A stretch of DNA of 64,000 nucleotides from Polyangiales bacterium (GCA_038231275.1 JBBRLQ010000012.1:128001-192000); one strand, 5' to 3'; positions 38,353 through 50,417 are shown, counted from the first letter of the stretch. Program-made: numbers and translations. The notes: a model not told the origin generated them from the letters alone.

Positions 38353-39846
38353 ATGAGCGAAGCCGATCCGTCGTTCGCGTACGGCCAGGGTTTCGAGCTG
38401 GGCGAAGCGACCGGCAACCTCCGCCTCGGCAAGCTCGAGGGATACTACGAGGAGCTGTTCGCCGAGGTCATCGAGGACGGCGTCATCACGCAAGAAGAGC
38501 GCGCTCGGCTCGATCGCATGGCCGACAACCTCGGCCTCGATCGCGCGCGCCTTCGCCGGCTCGAGCAGGCGCTCCAGGCGGCGTACGAGGCGCGCCACCA
38601 GATCGTGATCCGCGAGCAGCTCGCGCCGGAGGATCTCGCGCCGCCGCGCTCGCTCGTGCCGCTCGAGCCCGCCACCGATCAACGCACGCTCGCGCTCGAG
38701 CGACGGGTGAAATCGCTGGAGCTCCGCATCCGCGAGCTCGAGAGGGAGCTGGAGGAGGCGCGCGCGAGCGTCGCGGTGGAAGTGGACGTGTCGGGCATCG
38801 CCGCGCCGGCCTCCGCATCGACCGACGAGGATCCGCTGGAGCTGGCGAAGCGCGCGCGGATCGATCCGCGCGACGCGGCCAACCTTCGCGCGCTCTTCCG
38901 TCTCGCGACCACGCAGAAGGACACCGATCGCGCGGTGTGCGTCGCGATGGCGCTCGACTACCTCGGCGCGGCGACGCCGGAGGACCGCCAGCTCCTCGCG
39001 CGCGTCTCGACCGGCGCGCTCATTCGTCCGACCGCGCAGGTCACGCCGGAAGCATGGCCGCGCCTCCTCTTCCATCCCGACGAGGAGCCGCTCGTCGGAG
39101 AAATCTTCGCGGTCGTGGCCCCCGCGGTCCTCCTGGGTCGCATCTCGGCGTTGCGACGCGACAAGCTACTCCTCAAGCTCGCGCCCGAAAAAAAGCAGGA
39201 TCCGGCTACGTCGACGGTGCAGGCGGTGCGCTGCTTCTCGTGGGCCGCCGCGATCCTCGGAATGAAGGCGCCTGCGAGTTATGCCGATCCCGATTTCGAG
39301 GGGGCGGTGGAGATGGTCCCTGGCCTGCCTCCCGCGGCGCGCCTCGGTCAGCGCGCGCTCTCGGGACGATCGAGCGCGGAGCTGGCGTTCTTGGCGGGGC
39401 GACATTTGGCGTGCCATCGCGAGGAGCACTTCGTTCGGCTCCTCGTGCCGCGCATCCCCGATCTCGAAGAGATCTTCCTCGCCGCGCTGAGCATCGGCAA
39501 CCCGGGTCTGCCGCTCGCGCCGCACGTGAAGCAGCTGGTGATTCCGATCGCGAAGGCGATCGAGCCGATCTTGGAGCCGCTCGCGATCGATCGTCTGCGC
39601 GGCGCGTTCCTTCGTTTCGTCGAAGAGGGCGGTCGCACCAACCTCCAGAGGTGGGCCGCCGCGATGGACAAGACGAGCGCGCGCGCGGGCTTCCTCCTCG
39701 CGGGCGATCTCCGGGCGGCGCACGCGATCTTCGAAGCCGAGGACCGCGCGCACGTCACCGAGCGAATGGACGATCTGCTCGTCTTCGTGACCTCCGACCG
39801 CTACGCGCGGCTCAGGAAGCAGCTAGGGATCGCCATCGCGAGCTGA
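38353..39846 (+). CDS. Hypothetical protein (TerB-like N-terminus, coiled coil, TPR-like and myxobacterial C-terminal domain)
   Basis: DGVITQEERARL..., coiled coil, W...TSARAGFLLAGDL motif. Confidence 0.7.
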   Translation: MSEADPSFAYGQGFELGEATGNLRLGKLEGYYEELFAEVIEDGVITQEERARLDRMADNLGLDRARLRRLEQALQAAYEARHQIVIREQLAPEDLAPPRSLVPLEPATDQRTLALERRVKSLELRIRELERELEEARASVAVEVDVSGIAAPASASTDEDPLELAKRARIDPRDAANLRALFRLATTQKDTDRAVCVAMALDYLGAATPEDRQLLARVSTGALIRPTAQVTPEAWPRLLFHPDEEPLVGEIFAVVAPAVLLGRISALRRDKLLLKLAPEKKQDPATSTVQAVRCFSWAAAILGMKAPASYADPDFEGAVEMVPGLPPAARLGQRALSGRSSAELAFLAGRHLACHREEHFVRLLVPRIPDLEEIFLAALSIGNPGLPLAPHVKQLVIPIAKAIEPILEPLAIDRLRGAFLRFVEEGGRTNLQRWAAAMDKTSARAGFLLAGDLRAAHAIFEAEDRAHVTERMDDLLVFVTSDRYARLRKQLGIAIAS

Positions 39847-39878
39847 CGCGAACGACTACGGCGCTTCTCAGAGAGCCT

Positions 39879-40934
39879 TCACAAAGCCTTCACCCATTTC
39901 GCCCACGCATCCCCCAGCTCGCTCGGCGGCTTGCCCATCACGCTCGCGAACGCACGCACTCCCGTGGGATCGTCGGCCGCGTTGTCGCGCCACGCTTGGT
40001 AGAACGCCCAGAGCTTGCCGCGCTCGTCGAGCCACTGGCACACGTAGCGCGCCATCGCGTAGTGGAGATCCTCGGCGTCGTCGCGGAACGTCTCGTCTGT
40101 CATGCCGAAGAGCGCGTCGAGCCGCGCGACGCCGCGCTCGGTGGGCGAGCTCAACGCCGTGATGAGCCTCGGGTGGCGCCAGTTCTTCGCGCCGTGGATT
40201 TCCCCGGTGCGCGGGATCACCGGCGCCTCGAAGAGCGACGCGATGCCTTCGTTGATCCATGCGGGCGCCTGCGGAAAATCGGTCTCCACGATCGGATGCA
40301 CGAGCTCGTGCGTGAGCGTCCCGAGGCCGAGCCCGGCGTTCATCACCATGCGGCGCTCGTCGGGACGGTAGAAGCCGTACTTGGAGAGGCACTTCTCGCC
40401 GTACTTCGCCTTGCAGTACGCCTCGTACGGCGCCGCTTGCGCGAACAGGTACACGCTGATCGCGTGGTCGGGCTTTTTCTGGAAGCGCCCGGTGAAATAG
40501 GCGCCGAGCGCGTTCTTCACGAGGCCGACGCTCTGCGTGAACGCGGCGCCTTCCCATCCGGGCGCCCCGTACAAGAGGAAGACCTCGTCGACGACCTGCG
40601 CCGGGATCTTGGGACCCAGCTCCGCGCGCGCTTCCGCGAGGCGGGCCGCGCGATCGGCGACGAGATCGTACGGCGGCGGCGCAGGTACCGCGGCAGGAGC
40701 GTCGGCGCGCGGCGGCGGAGCGTTCGGAGACGACATCGGCGCGACGCGGGCGGCCGCCATTTTTGGAGCCGTCGCAGCCGCGGGGGCGCCGACGCCGATC
40801 ACGGACTTCGGACCGCTCGCGCCCTGCGCGGCGGGAGACGGCGGCGCAGGAGGCGTCCGGCAGCCTGCCACGGCGAGGCTCGTCACCAGGCAGACCGTCA
40901 GGCAGATCGCCCCCACGCGCGCGCGGACCTTCAC
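39879..40934 (-). CDS. Lipoprotein, gluzincin-like peptidase (peptidase MA/DUF1570-like)
   Basis: VAGC lipobox; THELVH...PAWINEGIA. Confidence 0.8.
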   Translation of the reverse strand: MKVRARVGAICLTVCLVTSLAVAGCRTPPAPPSPAAQGASGPKSVIGVGAPAAATAPKMAAARVAPMSSPNAPPPRADAPAAVPAPPPYDLVADRAARLAEARAELGPKIPAQVVDEVFLLYGAPGWEGAAFTQSVGLVKNALGAYFTGRFQKKPDHAISVYLFAQAAPYEAYCKAKYGEKCLSKYGFYRPDERRMVMNAGLGLGTLTHELVHPIVETDFPQAPAWINEGIASLFEAPVIPRTGEIHGAKNWRHPRLITALSSPTERGVARLDALFGMTDETFRDDAEDLHYAMARYVCQWLDERGKLWAFYQAWRDNAADDPTGVRAFASVMGKPPSELGDAWAKWVKAL

Positions 40935-40983
40935 CCCGCTACCGACACGCGAGGCGCGGCCTCCTTGGCCTCCGTGCAGCTCC

Positions 40984-41012
40984 TTGCAGCCACGCCGAAT
41001 GCGGACTAGCGT
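40984..41012 (+). promoter_or_regulatory. Putative sigma70 promoter of the sdh operon
   Basis: TTGCAG-N17-TAGCGT; GAGGA RBS before the ATG at 41057. Confidence 0.5.
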
Positions 41013-41056
41013 GGCCGCGCCGTACCGGGGGGAGCAAGCTCAGAAAAGGCGAGGAA

Positions 41057-41821
41057 ATGGCCAACAAGGTCGTACGTTTGCCGCTCGTAGGAGCGGGGTT
41101 TGGCGCGACGCTTCGGAAGGACAACTGGTGGCTCGGCCCCGCGATCACGTTCGTGGTGCTCTCGAGCTTCATCGTGTACGCGACGTTCCGCGCATTCGAG
41201 AACAACTTCTTCGAGTACGGCCCGTACCTGTCGCCGTTCTACTCGCCCTACATCGAGTCCAAGGGTTTCGGGATCCCGTTCCTGTCCCCGGCGATGCTCA
41301 TCCTGCCGGGCCCCGCGAGCTTCCGGTTCACTTGCTATTACTACCGCAAGGCCTACTACCGCGCGTTCGCGATGGATCCGCCGGCGTGCGCGGTCGGTGA
41401 GCGGAACGCGCACAAGTACAACGGCGAGAAGAAGCTCCTCGTCATCCAGAACCTCCACAGGTTCGCGATGTACGTCGCGGTGCTGTTCCTCGTGTTCCTC
41501 TGGCACGACTTCATCAAGTCGCTCAACTTCGACGGCCACTTCGGGCTGGGGCTGGGCTCCCTCGTGCTGCTCACGAACTGCACGCTCCTCTCGGGGTACA
41601 CGTTCGGTTGCCACTCGTTCCGCCACCTCATCGGCGGCAGCGTCGACAGCTTCAGCGAGGCGCCGCTCGGCAAGCTCCGCCACACGCTCTGGACGCTGGT
41701 GACCAAGCTGAACGAGAACCACATGGCCTTCGCGTGGTCGAGCCTCTTCGGCGTCGCGCTCACGGATCTCTACATCCGCATGGTCTCGAGCGGCGCCATC
41801 CACGACATCCGCTTTTTCTGA
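41057..41821 (+). CDS. Succinate dehydrogenase membrane anchor, actinobacterial Sdh1 (Rv0249c-like) type
   Basis: YLSPFYSP, FRFTCYYYRKAYYR, QNLHR and GCHSFRHLIGG motifs; directly upstream of sdhAB. Confidence 0.85.
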   Translation: MANKVVRLPLVGAGFGATLRKDNWWLGPAITFVVLSSFIVYATFRAFENNFFEYGPYLSPFYSPYIESKGFGIPFLSPAMLILPGPASFRFTCYYYRKAYYRAFAMDPPACAVGERNAHKYNGEKKLLVIQNLHRFAMYVAVLFLVFLWHDFIKSLNFDGHFGLGLGSLVLLTNCTLLSGYTFGCHSFRHLIGGSVDSFSEAPLGKLRHTLWTLVTKLNENHMAFAWSSLFGVALTDLYIRMVSSGAIHDIRFF

Positions 41822-41840
41822 TCCGCGTCGAGCAAATCAC

Positions 41841-43661
41841 ATGACCGAAAAGAATTTCGAGACGCACGAGCACGACGTGCTCGTCATCGGCGCGGGCGGC
41901 GCAGGCCTCCGCGCGGCCATCGAGGCGAGCGCGATGGGCCTCAGCGTGGGCCTCATCTGCAAGTCGCTCCTCGGCAAGGCGCACACCGTGATGGCCGAGG
42001 GCGGCGTCGCTGCGGCGCTCGGCAACGTCGAGTCGCGCGACAACTGGCGGGTCCACTTCCGCGACACGATGAAGGGCGGCCGCTACCTGAACCAGTGGCG
42101 CATGGCGCAGCTGCATGCGCAGGAGGCCCCCGACCGCGTCAACGAGCTCGAGGAGTGGGGCGCGCTCTTCGACCGCACCGCCGACGGGCGCATCCTCCAG
42201 CGCAACTTCGGCGGCCACACGTATCCGCGTCTTGCCCACGTAGGCGATCGCACCGGCCTCGAGATGATCCGAACGCTCCAGCAGCACGGCATCCACACCG
42301 GGATGCACGTCTACATGGAGTGCACGCTCACGCGCCTTTTCACCGATGGTGAGCGCGTCACCGGATGCTTCGGATATTGGCGCGAAAACGGCAAATTCGT
42401 CGTCTTCAAGACCAAGGCGATCGTCATGGCGTCGGGCGGCATCGGCCGCATCTTCAAGATCAACTCGAACTCGTGGGAGTGCACCGGCGACGGCCAGGCG
42501 CTCGCCTACCTCGCGGGCGCCGAGCTCATGGACATGGAGTTCATGCAGTTCCACCCCACCGGAATGGTGTGGCCCCCCAGCGTCCGCGGCACACTCATCA
42601 CTGAGGGCGTGCGCGGCGAAGGCGGAACGCTCCGCAACAAAGACGGCAAGCGCATCATGTTCGGCTACATCCCCGAGCTCTACGCCGGCGACACGGCGCA
42701 GACCGAGGAGGAGGCCGACACGTGGCTCCAAGACAGCGCGAAGGGCATCGCGAGCAAAGCGAAGCGCACGCCGGATTTGCTCCCACGTGACATCGTCGCC
42801 CGCGCCATCCACACCGAAGTCAAAGCCGGTCGCGGCTCGCCGCACGGCGGCGTCTTCCTCGACATCGCGACGCGCCGCTCGGCCGAGGACATCAAGAAGA
42901 AGCTCCCGGCGATGTACCACCAGTTCATGGAGCTCGGGGACGTCGACATCACGAAGGAGCCCATGGAGGTCGGCCCCACGGGCCACTACACGATGGGCGG
43001 CATCAAGGTCGATTCCGACACGCAGGAGTCGCGCGTGAAGGGCCTCTTCGCCGCCGGCGAGTGCGCGGCCGGCATGCACGGCAGCAATCGCCTCGGCGGC
43101 AACTCGCTCAGCGACTTGCTCGTCTTCGGGCGCATCGCCGGCGCTCACGCGGGCAAGTACGCCAAGAGCGTCCAGGCCAAGGAGCTCGACAAGGGCGCCA
43201 TCCAAGAGGCCGAGAAAGAGGCGCTCTCCCCCTTCGACCACGCCGAGGGCCCCAACCCGTTCGCGCTGCACGAAGATCTGATGAACCAGATGCAGAAGTA
43301 CGTCGGCATCATGCGCAACGCCGAGGACCTCGCGAGCGGGATGAAGGAGCTCGAGCGCCTCAAGTTCTCGCTCGGCAAGGTCGCCGTCTCGGGCCCCCGC
43401 CACTACAACTCGGCGTGGCACGAGGCGATCGACATGCGCAACATGCTCATCGTCAGCGAGGCGATGGCGAAGGCGGCGGCGCAGCGCAAAGAGAGCCGCG
43501 GCGGCCACGCGCGCGAGGATTTCAGCGAGATGGACAAGGAGCACTTCGCCAAGGTCAACATCGTGCTCCGCCGCGGAAAGAACGGCGAGATGGAGCTCGA
43601 AGAGGTGCCACTCCCCCCGGTTCCCGACGAGATCAAGAAGGTCCTCGAGGAGAAGGAATAA
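41841..43661 (+). CDS. sdhA: Succinate dehydrogenase/fumarate reductase flavoprotein subunit
   Basis: GAGGAG, AHTVMAEGG, QFHPTG, EGVRGEGG, HYTMGG, HGSNRLGGNSL, ESRGGH. Confidence 0.95.
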   Translation: MTEKNFETHEHDVLVIGAGGAGLRAAIEASAMGLSVGLICKSLLGKAHTVMAEGGVAAALGNVESRDNWRVHFRDTMKGGRYLNQWRMAQLHAQEAPDRVNELEEWGALFDRTADGRILQRNFGGHTYPRLAHVGDRTGLEMIRTLQQHGIHTGMHVYMECTLTRLFTDGERVTGCFGYWRENGKFVVFKTKAIVMASGGIGRIFKINSNSWECTGDGQALAYLAGAELMDMEFMQFHPTGMVWPPSVRGTLITEGVRGEGGTLRNKDGKRIMFGYIPELYAGDTAQTEEEADTWLQDSAKGIASKAKRTPDLLPRDIVARAIHTEVKAGRGSPHGGVFLDIATRRSAEDIKKKLPAMYHQFMELGDVDITKEPMEVGPTGHYTMGGIKVDSDTQESRVKGLFAAGECAAGMHGSNRLGGNSLSDLLVFGRIAGAHAGKYAKSVQAKELDKGAIQEAEKEALSPFDHAEGPNPFALHEDLMNQMQKYVGIMRNAEDLASGMKELERLKFSLGKVAVSGPRHYNSAWHEAIDMRNMLIVSEAMAKAAAQRKESRGGHAREDFSEMDKEHFAKVNIVLRRGKNGEMELEEVPLPPVPDEIKKVLEEKE

Positions 43662-43664
43662 GTC

Positions 43665-44489
43665 ATGGCAGACAAAGCGACGGTTCGCGTCTTCCGTGGC
43701 AACGAAGAAGGCGGCGAGTTCAAGGAGTACGAGGTCGAGACCTACACCGGCATGGTGGTGCTCGACGCCATCCACGAAATCCAGGCAAAACAAGCGCCGG
43801 ATCTCGCGGTGCGGTGGAACTGCAAGGCCGGCCGCTGCGGCTCGTGCAGCGCCGAGGTGAACGGCAAGCCGCGCCTCATGTGCATGACGCGCATGAGCCA
43901 CTTCCCGGAGGGCGAGCCGATCACGGTGACGCCGATGCGCACCTTCCCGATCATCAAGGATCTCGTGACCGACGTCTCGTTCAACTACGAGATGGCGAAG
44001 AAGATCCCGCCGTTCAAGCCGCGCCCGCGCGACGCCGACGGGCACTGGCGGATGCAGCAGTACGACATCGATCGCATCCAAGAGTTCCGCAAATGCATCG
44101 AGTGCTTCCTCTGCCAGAACGTGTGCCACGTCCTTCGTGACCACGACAAGAAGAAGGAGTTCGCCGGTCCGCGCTTCTTCATCCACCTGGCCACGCTGGA
44201 GATGCACCCGCTCGACACCGTCGATCGTCGTCAGATGATGAAGGACGACTTCGGGCTCGGCCTCTGCAACATCACCAAGTGCTGCACGGAGGTGTGCCCC
44301 GAGCACATCCAAATCACCGACAACGGCATCATCCCGATCAAGGAGCGCGTCGCCGACGACAACTACGATCCGGTCAGGTGGCTCCTCTCCAAGTTCAGCG
44401 GCAAGAAGAAGAAGAGCCTGCCGGTGATCCAGAGCACGCCCGGAGACGCCGGCGCGGCCACCATCAAGTCGAAGAAGAAGACGGCCTGA
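43665..44489 (+). CDS. sdhB: Succinate dehydrogenase/fumarate reductase Fe-S subunit
   Basis: CKAGRCGSC...C, CIECFLCQNVC, CNITKCCTEVCP. Confidence 0.95.
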   Translation: MADKATVRVFRGNEEGGEFKEYEVETYTGMVVLDAIHEIQAKQAPDLAVRWNCKAGRCGSCSAEVNGKPRLMCMTRMSHFPEGEPITVTPMRTFPIIKDLVTDVSFNYEMAKKIPPFKPRPRDADGHWRMQQYDIDRIQEFRKCIECFLCQNVCHVLRDHDKKKEFAGPRFFIHLATLEMHPLDTVDRRQMMKDDFGLGLCNITKCCTEVCPEHIQITDNGIIPIKERVADDNYDPVRWLLSKFSGKKKKSLPVIQSTPGDAGAATIKSKKKTA

Positions 44490-44508
44490 GCGTTCGAGAG
44501 GGGGCATC

Positions 44509-45012
44509 GTGTACGAGCTGAAGCGCCTCGCAGAGAAGAACCTGGGCCCCGCGCTCGAGCGCGCGAAGCACTACCGCGACTTGAACCAGCCGGAAGAGGC
44601 GGAGAGCATCTGCCGTGACATCCTCGCCGTCGCGCCGAGCGATCAGGAGACGCTAAAGACGCTGGGGCTAGCGCTCACCGATCGTTTCCCGAAGAACTGG
44701 AACAACCTCTTCGACGAGACGCTCGTCATTTTCAAGAAGCTCACCGCCGAGTACGATCGCATCTACTACGAGGGCGTCGCGTGGGAGCGACTCGCCAAGG
44801 CACACCTCGACGGGGGGCAGGCGCACAACGCGGCGCACGCGTTCGAGCATGCCCTCGAGCACTTCGAGCGCGCGATGAAGCTGGTGCCCGACGCGGGCGA
44901 TCCGATCCTGCGCTGGAATCGCTGCGTACGGGCCCTCCGCGACCACCCCGAGATCGTCCGTGCGCTGGAGGTCCCGCGCGTGAGCGGCCACGACATCGGC
45001 GACTACGAGTGA
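44509..45012 (+). CDS. TPR-like helical protein, co-oriented with the sdh operon
   Basis: All-helical TPR-like pattern; starts 19 nt after the sdhB stop with a GAGGGG RBS. Confidence 0.75.
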   Translation: MYELKRLAEKNLGPALERAKHYRDLNQPEEAESICRDILAVAPSDQETLKTLGLALTDRFPKNWNNLFDETLVIFKKLTAEYDRIYYEGVAWERLAKAHLDGGQAHNAAHAFEHALEHFERAMKLVPDAGDPILRWNRCVRALRDHPEIVRALEVPRVSGHDIGDYE

Positions 45013-45137
45013 GCCCGCCCCGAGCGGGTGCGACATTCGGTTCATGGCGGGTGGCACACCTTCGCCGCGCTTCTTTACGATCGAGCACGAAACAGGCTCG
45101 ATCGTCGACGGCGCGCGTCTTGCTGAGGTACGCCCCG

Positions 45138-46367
<1,230 letters not shown>

Positions 46368-46374
46368 TGCGCGG

Positions 46375-48507
46375 CTACTTCTTCGCGGCTTCGATGGCGA
46401 GCTTCTCGCGGTACTTCTTCGTCATCTCTTCCTGCTCCTGCTTGGGGACGACGGCGTAGCGGGCAAACTCCATCGTGAAGGTGCCCTTGCCCTGCGTCGC
46501 GGAGCGCAGATCGGTCGAGTATCCGAACATCGCGTTCAGCGGCACTTCGCAGGTGATGCTGACGCTGTCGCCGCCGACCGTCTCGAGGATGACGCCGCGG
46601 CGCTGGTTGACCTGACCGACGACCGAGCCCTGGAACTCGGTGGGAGCGTCGATCTCCACCTTCATGATCGGCTCGAGGATCGTCGGGTTGGCCTTCGCGT
46701 AAGCTTCGCGGAAGCCCATGATCGCGGCGGTCTTGAACGCCATTTCGGATGAGTCGACCGCGTGCGCCGCGCCATCGTTGACGCAGCAGCGGATGCCGAC
46801 GATCGGGAAGCCGATCTGGGTGCCCTTGCGGACACCTTCCTTGAAGCCCTTGTCGCACGACGAGATGAACTCGCGGGGGATGGAGCCGCCGCTCACGTCG
46901 TCCAAGAACTCGTAGGACTCGACCGCGTCCGCGGGGAGCGGCTCGATGTAGCCGAGGATCTTGGCGTACTGACCGGAGCCGCCGGTCTGCTTCTTGTGGG
47001 TGTAGTTGATCTCCGCGCGGCGCGTGATCGACTCGCGATAGGCCACCTGGGGTTTGCCCGCGATGACGTCGCAGTTGTACTCGCGGCGCATGCGCTCCAT
47101 GTAGATGTCGAGGTGGAGCTCGCCCATGCCGCTGATGATGGTCTGCTGCGACTCCTCGTCCTGGTGCACGCGGAACGTCGGATCTTCCTTGGTGAAGCGG
47201 TTCAGCGCCTTCGAGAAGTTGGTCTCCGTCGCGCGATCCTTCGGGGCGACGGCGAGCGAGATGACGGCCGCCGGCACGTGCATCGACGTGAGCGTCCAGT
47301 TGACCTTGCCGTCGGTGAACGTCTCGCCGGAGCTGGCTTCGACGCCGTAGAACGCGACGATGTCACCGGCCTCGGCGGACGGGATCTCCTCGCGGTCCTC
47401 GGAGTGCATGCGGAACATGCGGGGGACGCGCACCTTCCGCTGCTCGTTGCTCACGTTGTAGATGGTGTCGCCGGCCGAGACCGTGCCCTGGTAGACGCGG
47501 AAGTAGGTGAGCTGGCCGTACTTGTCCTGCTGCAGCTTGAAGGCCAAGCCGACGAACGGCTTGGTCGGGTCGGACTCGACCACGACCTTGGCTTCAGCGT
47601 TGTCCTGGTCGTGCGCCTCGTTCAAGACCTCGGTCGGACGCGGGAGGTAGTGGACGACGCCGTCGAGCAAGAGCTGGACGCCCTTGTTCTTGATGGCCGA
47701 TCCGCACATCACGGGGGTCATCTTGAGGGCCAACGTCGCGCGGCGGATGGCGGCGCGCAGGTCGTCGACCGAGATCGGCTCCTCGCTGATGAACTTCTCG
47801 GCGAGCGTGTCGTCGACGTCCGCGACGTCGTGGATGATCTTCTCGCGCGCCTCGGCCGTCGCCTTGGCGAACTCCGCCGGCACGTCGACCTCCTTGATGA
47901 TCTCGCCGTCCGCGCCCTCGAAGAAGAAGGCCTTGCCGATGATCGGGTCGATGATTCCTTTGAAGTCGGACTCCGCGCCGATCGGAACCTGGAGCCGGAC
48001 CGGGTGGTGGCCGAGCTTCTCCTTGAGCATGTCCGCCACGCGCTCGTAGTTCGCGCCCGGGTTGTCCATCTTGTTGACGAAGGCGATGCGCGGGACGCGG
48101 TAGCGCTTCATCTGCTTGTCGACGGTGATCGACTGGCTCTGCACGCCCTTGCCCGAGTCGAGGACGAGGATCGCGCCGTCCAGCACGCGCAGCGCGCGCT
48201 CCACCTCGATGGTGAAGTCGACGTGACCTGGCGTGTCGATGATGTTGATGTTGATCGGCTGGAACTGCGACTGCGACCCGTTCCACACGCAGTACGTCGC
48301 GGCGGACTGGATCGTGATGCCCTTCTCGCGCTCGAGATCCATCGAGTCCATCTTGGCGCCGACGCCGTCCTTGCCGCGCACCTCGTGAATCTTGTGGATT
48401 CGACCCGTATAAAACAGGATCCGCTCGGTGAGCGTCGTCTTGCCGGAGTCGATGTGCGCCGAGATGCCGATGTTACGGATGCGGTCGAGGGGGATGCGAG
48501 CGGCCAC
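46375..48507 (-). CDS. fusA: Elongation factor G (stand-alone copy)
   Basis: [53 protein letters not shown]. Confidence 0.97.
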   Translation of the reverse strand: MAARIPLDRIRNIGISAHIDSGKTTLTERILFYTGRIHKIHEVRGKDGVGAKMDSMDLEREKGITIQSAATYCVWNGSQSQFQPININIIDTPGHVDFTIEVERALRVLDGAILVLDSGKGVQSQSITVDKQMKRYRVPRIAFVNKMDNPGANYERVADMLKEKLGHHPVRLQVPIGAESDFKGIIDPIIGKAFFFEGADGEIIKEVDVPAEFAKATAEAREKIIHDVADVDDTLAEKFISEEPISVDDLRAAIRRATLALKMTPVMCGSAIKNKGVQLLLDGVVHYLPRPTEVLNEAHDQDNAEAKVVVESDPTKPFVGLAFKLQQDKYGQLTYFRVYQGTVSAGDTIYNVSNEQRKVRVPRMFRMHSEDREEIPSAEAGDIVAFYGVEASSGETFTDGKVNWTLTSMHVPAAVISLAVAPKDRATETNFSKALNRFTKEDPTFRVHQDEESQQTIISGMGELHLDIYMERMRREYNCDVIAGKPQVAYRESITRRAEINYTHKKQTGGSGQYAKILGYIEPLPADAVESYEFLDDVSGGSIPREFISSCDKGFKEGVRKGTQIGFPIVGIRCCVNDGAAHAVDSSEMAFKTAAIMGFREAYAKANPTILEPIMKVEIDAPTEFQGSVVGQVNQRRGVILETVGGDSVSITCEVPLNAMFGYSTDLRSATQGKGTFTMEFARYAVVPKQEQEEMTKKYREKLAIEAAKK

Positions 48508-48597
48508 GGAATTTTCTCTCTCTTCGTGAGGGGGGGACCTGGTGCGTCGAAACGCCTGCCTCCGTTACCACGTCTTCCGGCAAAAGCGCTGAGTTTG

Positions 48598-49800
48598 CTA
48601 GGTGCCCTGGCCACCGCTCCCCTCGAGGCGGTCGACCCGCCGGAGGCCAGGGAAGAGCAGCGCCCAGAGGGAGACCACCGCGACCGTGCCCACTCCCCCG
48701 AGGATCACCGCCCATTTCGCGCCGAGCCACGCGGCGGTAAGGCCTGACTCGAGCTCGCCGAGCTCGTTGGAGGCGCCGATGAACACCGCATTCACGGCGC
48801 CCACCCGGCCCCGCATGTCCTCGGGCGTCTCCAGCTGGACGAGCGTGAGGCGCACCACCACGCTCACCATGTCTGCGGCGCCAGTGACGAAGAGCGCCGC
48901 GAGCGAAAGTGCGAGGTTCGTCGAGAAGCCGAACACGATCGTCGCGGCCCCGAAGAGCGCCACGCACGCGAGCATGATCGGCCCGGTGCGGCGCGTGAGC
49001 GGCCAGCGCGCGAGCGTCAACCCCGTGATCGCGGCGCCGAGCGCCGGAGCGCTGCGGAGGAGGCCCATCCCCGACGGCCCCACGAGGAGGACGTCTCGCG
49101 CAAAAATGGGGAGCAGCGCGACGGCACCGCCGAGGAGCACGGCGAACAGATCGAGCGAGATGGAGCCCAGGATGAGCTTGCGCGCCCACACGTAGCGGAT
49201 GCCGCCGGTGACCTGCTCCCACGACGCGGCCTTACGCTCACGCGCCACCGAACGAACGGGCATGCTCGCGATGAGCAGCGCGGCGATCAAGAGGAGCACG
49301 CCGCTCGCCGCGTAGACCCGCTCACCGATCGCGCCGTAGAGCACCCCGCCGAGCGCTGGCCCGACGACGACGCCGATCTGCCAGACCGAAGAGCTCTGCG
49401 CGACCGTTCGCGCGAACTTCTCTCTGGGCACGAGATCGGGAAGCAGCGCCTGGCTCGCCGGCGCCGAGAAGGCGCGCGCCGCCCCGAGGAGGACGAGCAC
49501 GCCGTACACCGGCGCGACGCCCCACGCGCGCGGAAGGAGGAAGAGCGCCGCGGTGAGGCTCGCGAGCGCGAGGTGGACTACGATGAGGATACGCCGGCGG
49601 TCGAGGCGGTCGGCCACCGCGCCGCCCACGAGCGACAGAAGCGCGGCCGGGACGAACTGCGCAAGGCCGACGTATCCGAGGTCGAGCGCGCGGTGCGTGC
49701 GATCGTAGACGTCCCACCCGATCGCGACGCTCTGCATCTGGAGCGCGAGGATCGCGGTGAAGCGCGCCGCGAAGAAGCGAAGGACGACCGAGCTTTGCAT
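48598..49800 (-). CDS. MFS transporter (DHA3/EntS-like)
   Basis: GGAVADRLDRRR, TPEDMRGRV, about 12 TM helices. Confidence 0.9.
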   Translation of the reverse strand: MQSSVVLRFFAARFTAILALQMQSVAIGWDVYDRTHRALDLGYVGLAQFVPAALLSLVGGAVADRLDRRRILIVVHLALASLTAALFLLPRAWGVAPVYGVLVLLGAARAFSAPASQALLPDLVPREKFARTVAQSSSVWQIGVVVGPALGGVLYGAIGERVYAASGVLLLIAALLIASMPVRSVARERKAASWEQVTGGIRYVWARKLILGSISLDLFAVLLGGAVALLPIFARDVLLVGPSGMGLLRSAPALGAAITGLTLARWPLTRRTGPIMLACVALFGAATIVFGFSTNLALSLAALFVTGAADMVSVVVRLTLVQLETPEDMRGRVGAVNAVFIGASNELGELESGLTAAWLGAKWAVILGGVGTVAVVSLWALLFPGLRRVDRLEGSGGQGT

Positions 49801-49808
49801 CGGGCGCC

Positions 49809-50417
49809 CTACTTGGCCGCGTCGATGTGGAAGCTCTCGAAAAATTTGTCGGTCAAAGGAGCGCTCATGTCTGCCTGGCCGGGGCTCGTGCAGCTGATGT
49901 CGTAGGTGCGATCGCCTGCGACCACGATCGCGCTTCGGCGCCATTGCACCGGCTTACCGGGGACGACGAGGCGCATGCGGCGCATTCGGGTCGGAAAGCC
50001 GCTGACCTTCACGTCGTCCTCCCTCTCGACTTCGCTGCCGCCGATCTTGTCGCGCGCGAGATCGTAGAGGCGCGTTCGATCGACGCCGCGCGGCTTGCCG
50101 TCGTAGTAGCTGACGACCAGGGTCGCGCCGCGGACGCCCCACCCGACCCCGGCGGTCGTCGCGTTGGGCGTCACGCCGGTCGGCGCCGCGACGGTGAAGC
50201 GCCCCTCTTTGGACACGTACGGCGCCGTCTCGACTCCCGCGTCGAGGAGAAGCGCGACGCCACCCTCGGGCGCGGCGTCGCCGACCACGCTCGAGGAAGC
50301 GGCAGCGTCCGCGACGGACCGAGGAGCGTCCCCCTCGCCCGAACCGGACGAAGACTTCGGACATCCTGGAAGAAAGAGGAGGAGGCTCGCGCCGAAGGTC
50401 ACCGCGACCTTTCGCAT
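49809..50417 (-). CDS. Lipoprotein, hypothetical (PsbP-like C-terminal domain)
   Basis: LPGC lipobox; SKEGRFTV..P and FFESFHI ending. Confidence 0.7.
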   Translation of the reverse strand: MRKVAVTFGASLLLFLPGCPKSSSGSGEGDAPRSVADAAASSSVVGDAAPEGGVALLLDAGVETAPYVSKEGRFTVAAPTGVTPNATTAGVGWGVRGATLVVSYYDGKPRGVDRTRLYDLARDKIGGSEVEREDDVKVSGFPTRMRRMRLVVPGKPVQWRRSAIVVAGDRTYDISCTSPGQADMSAPLTDKFFESFHIDAAK

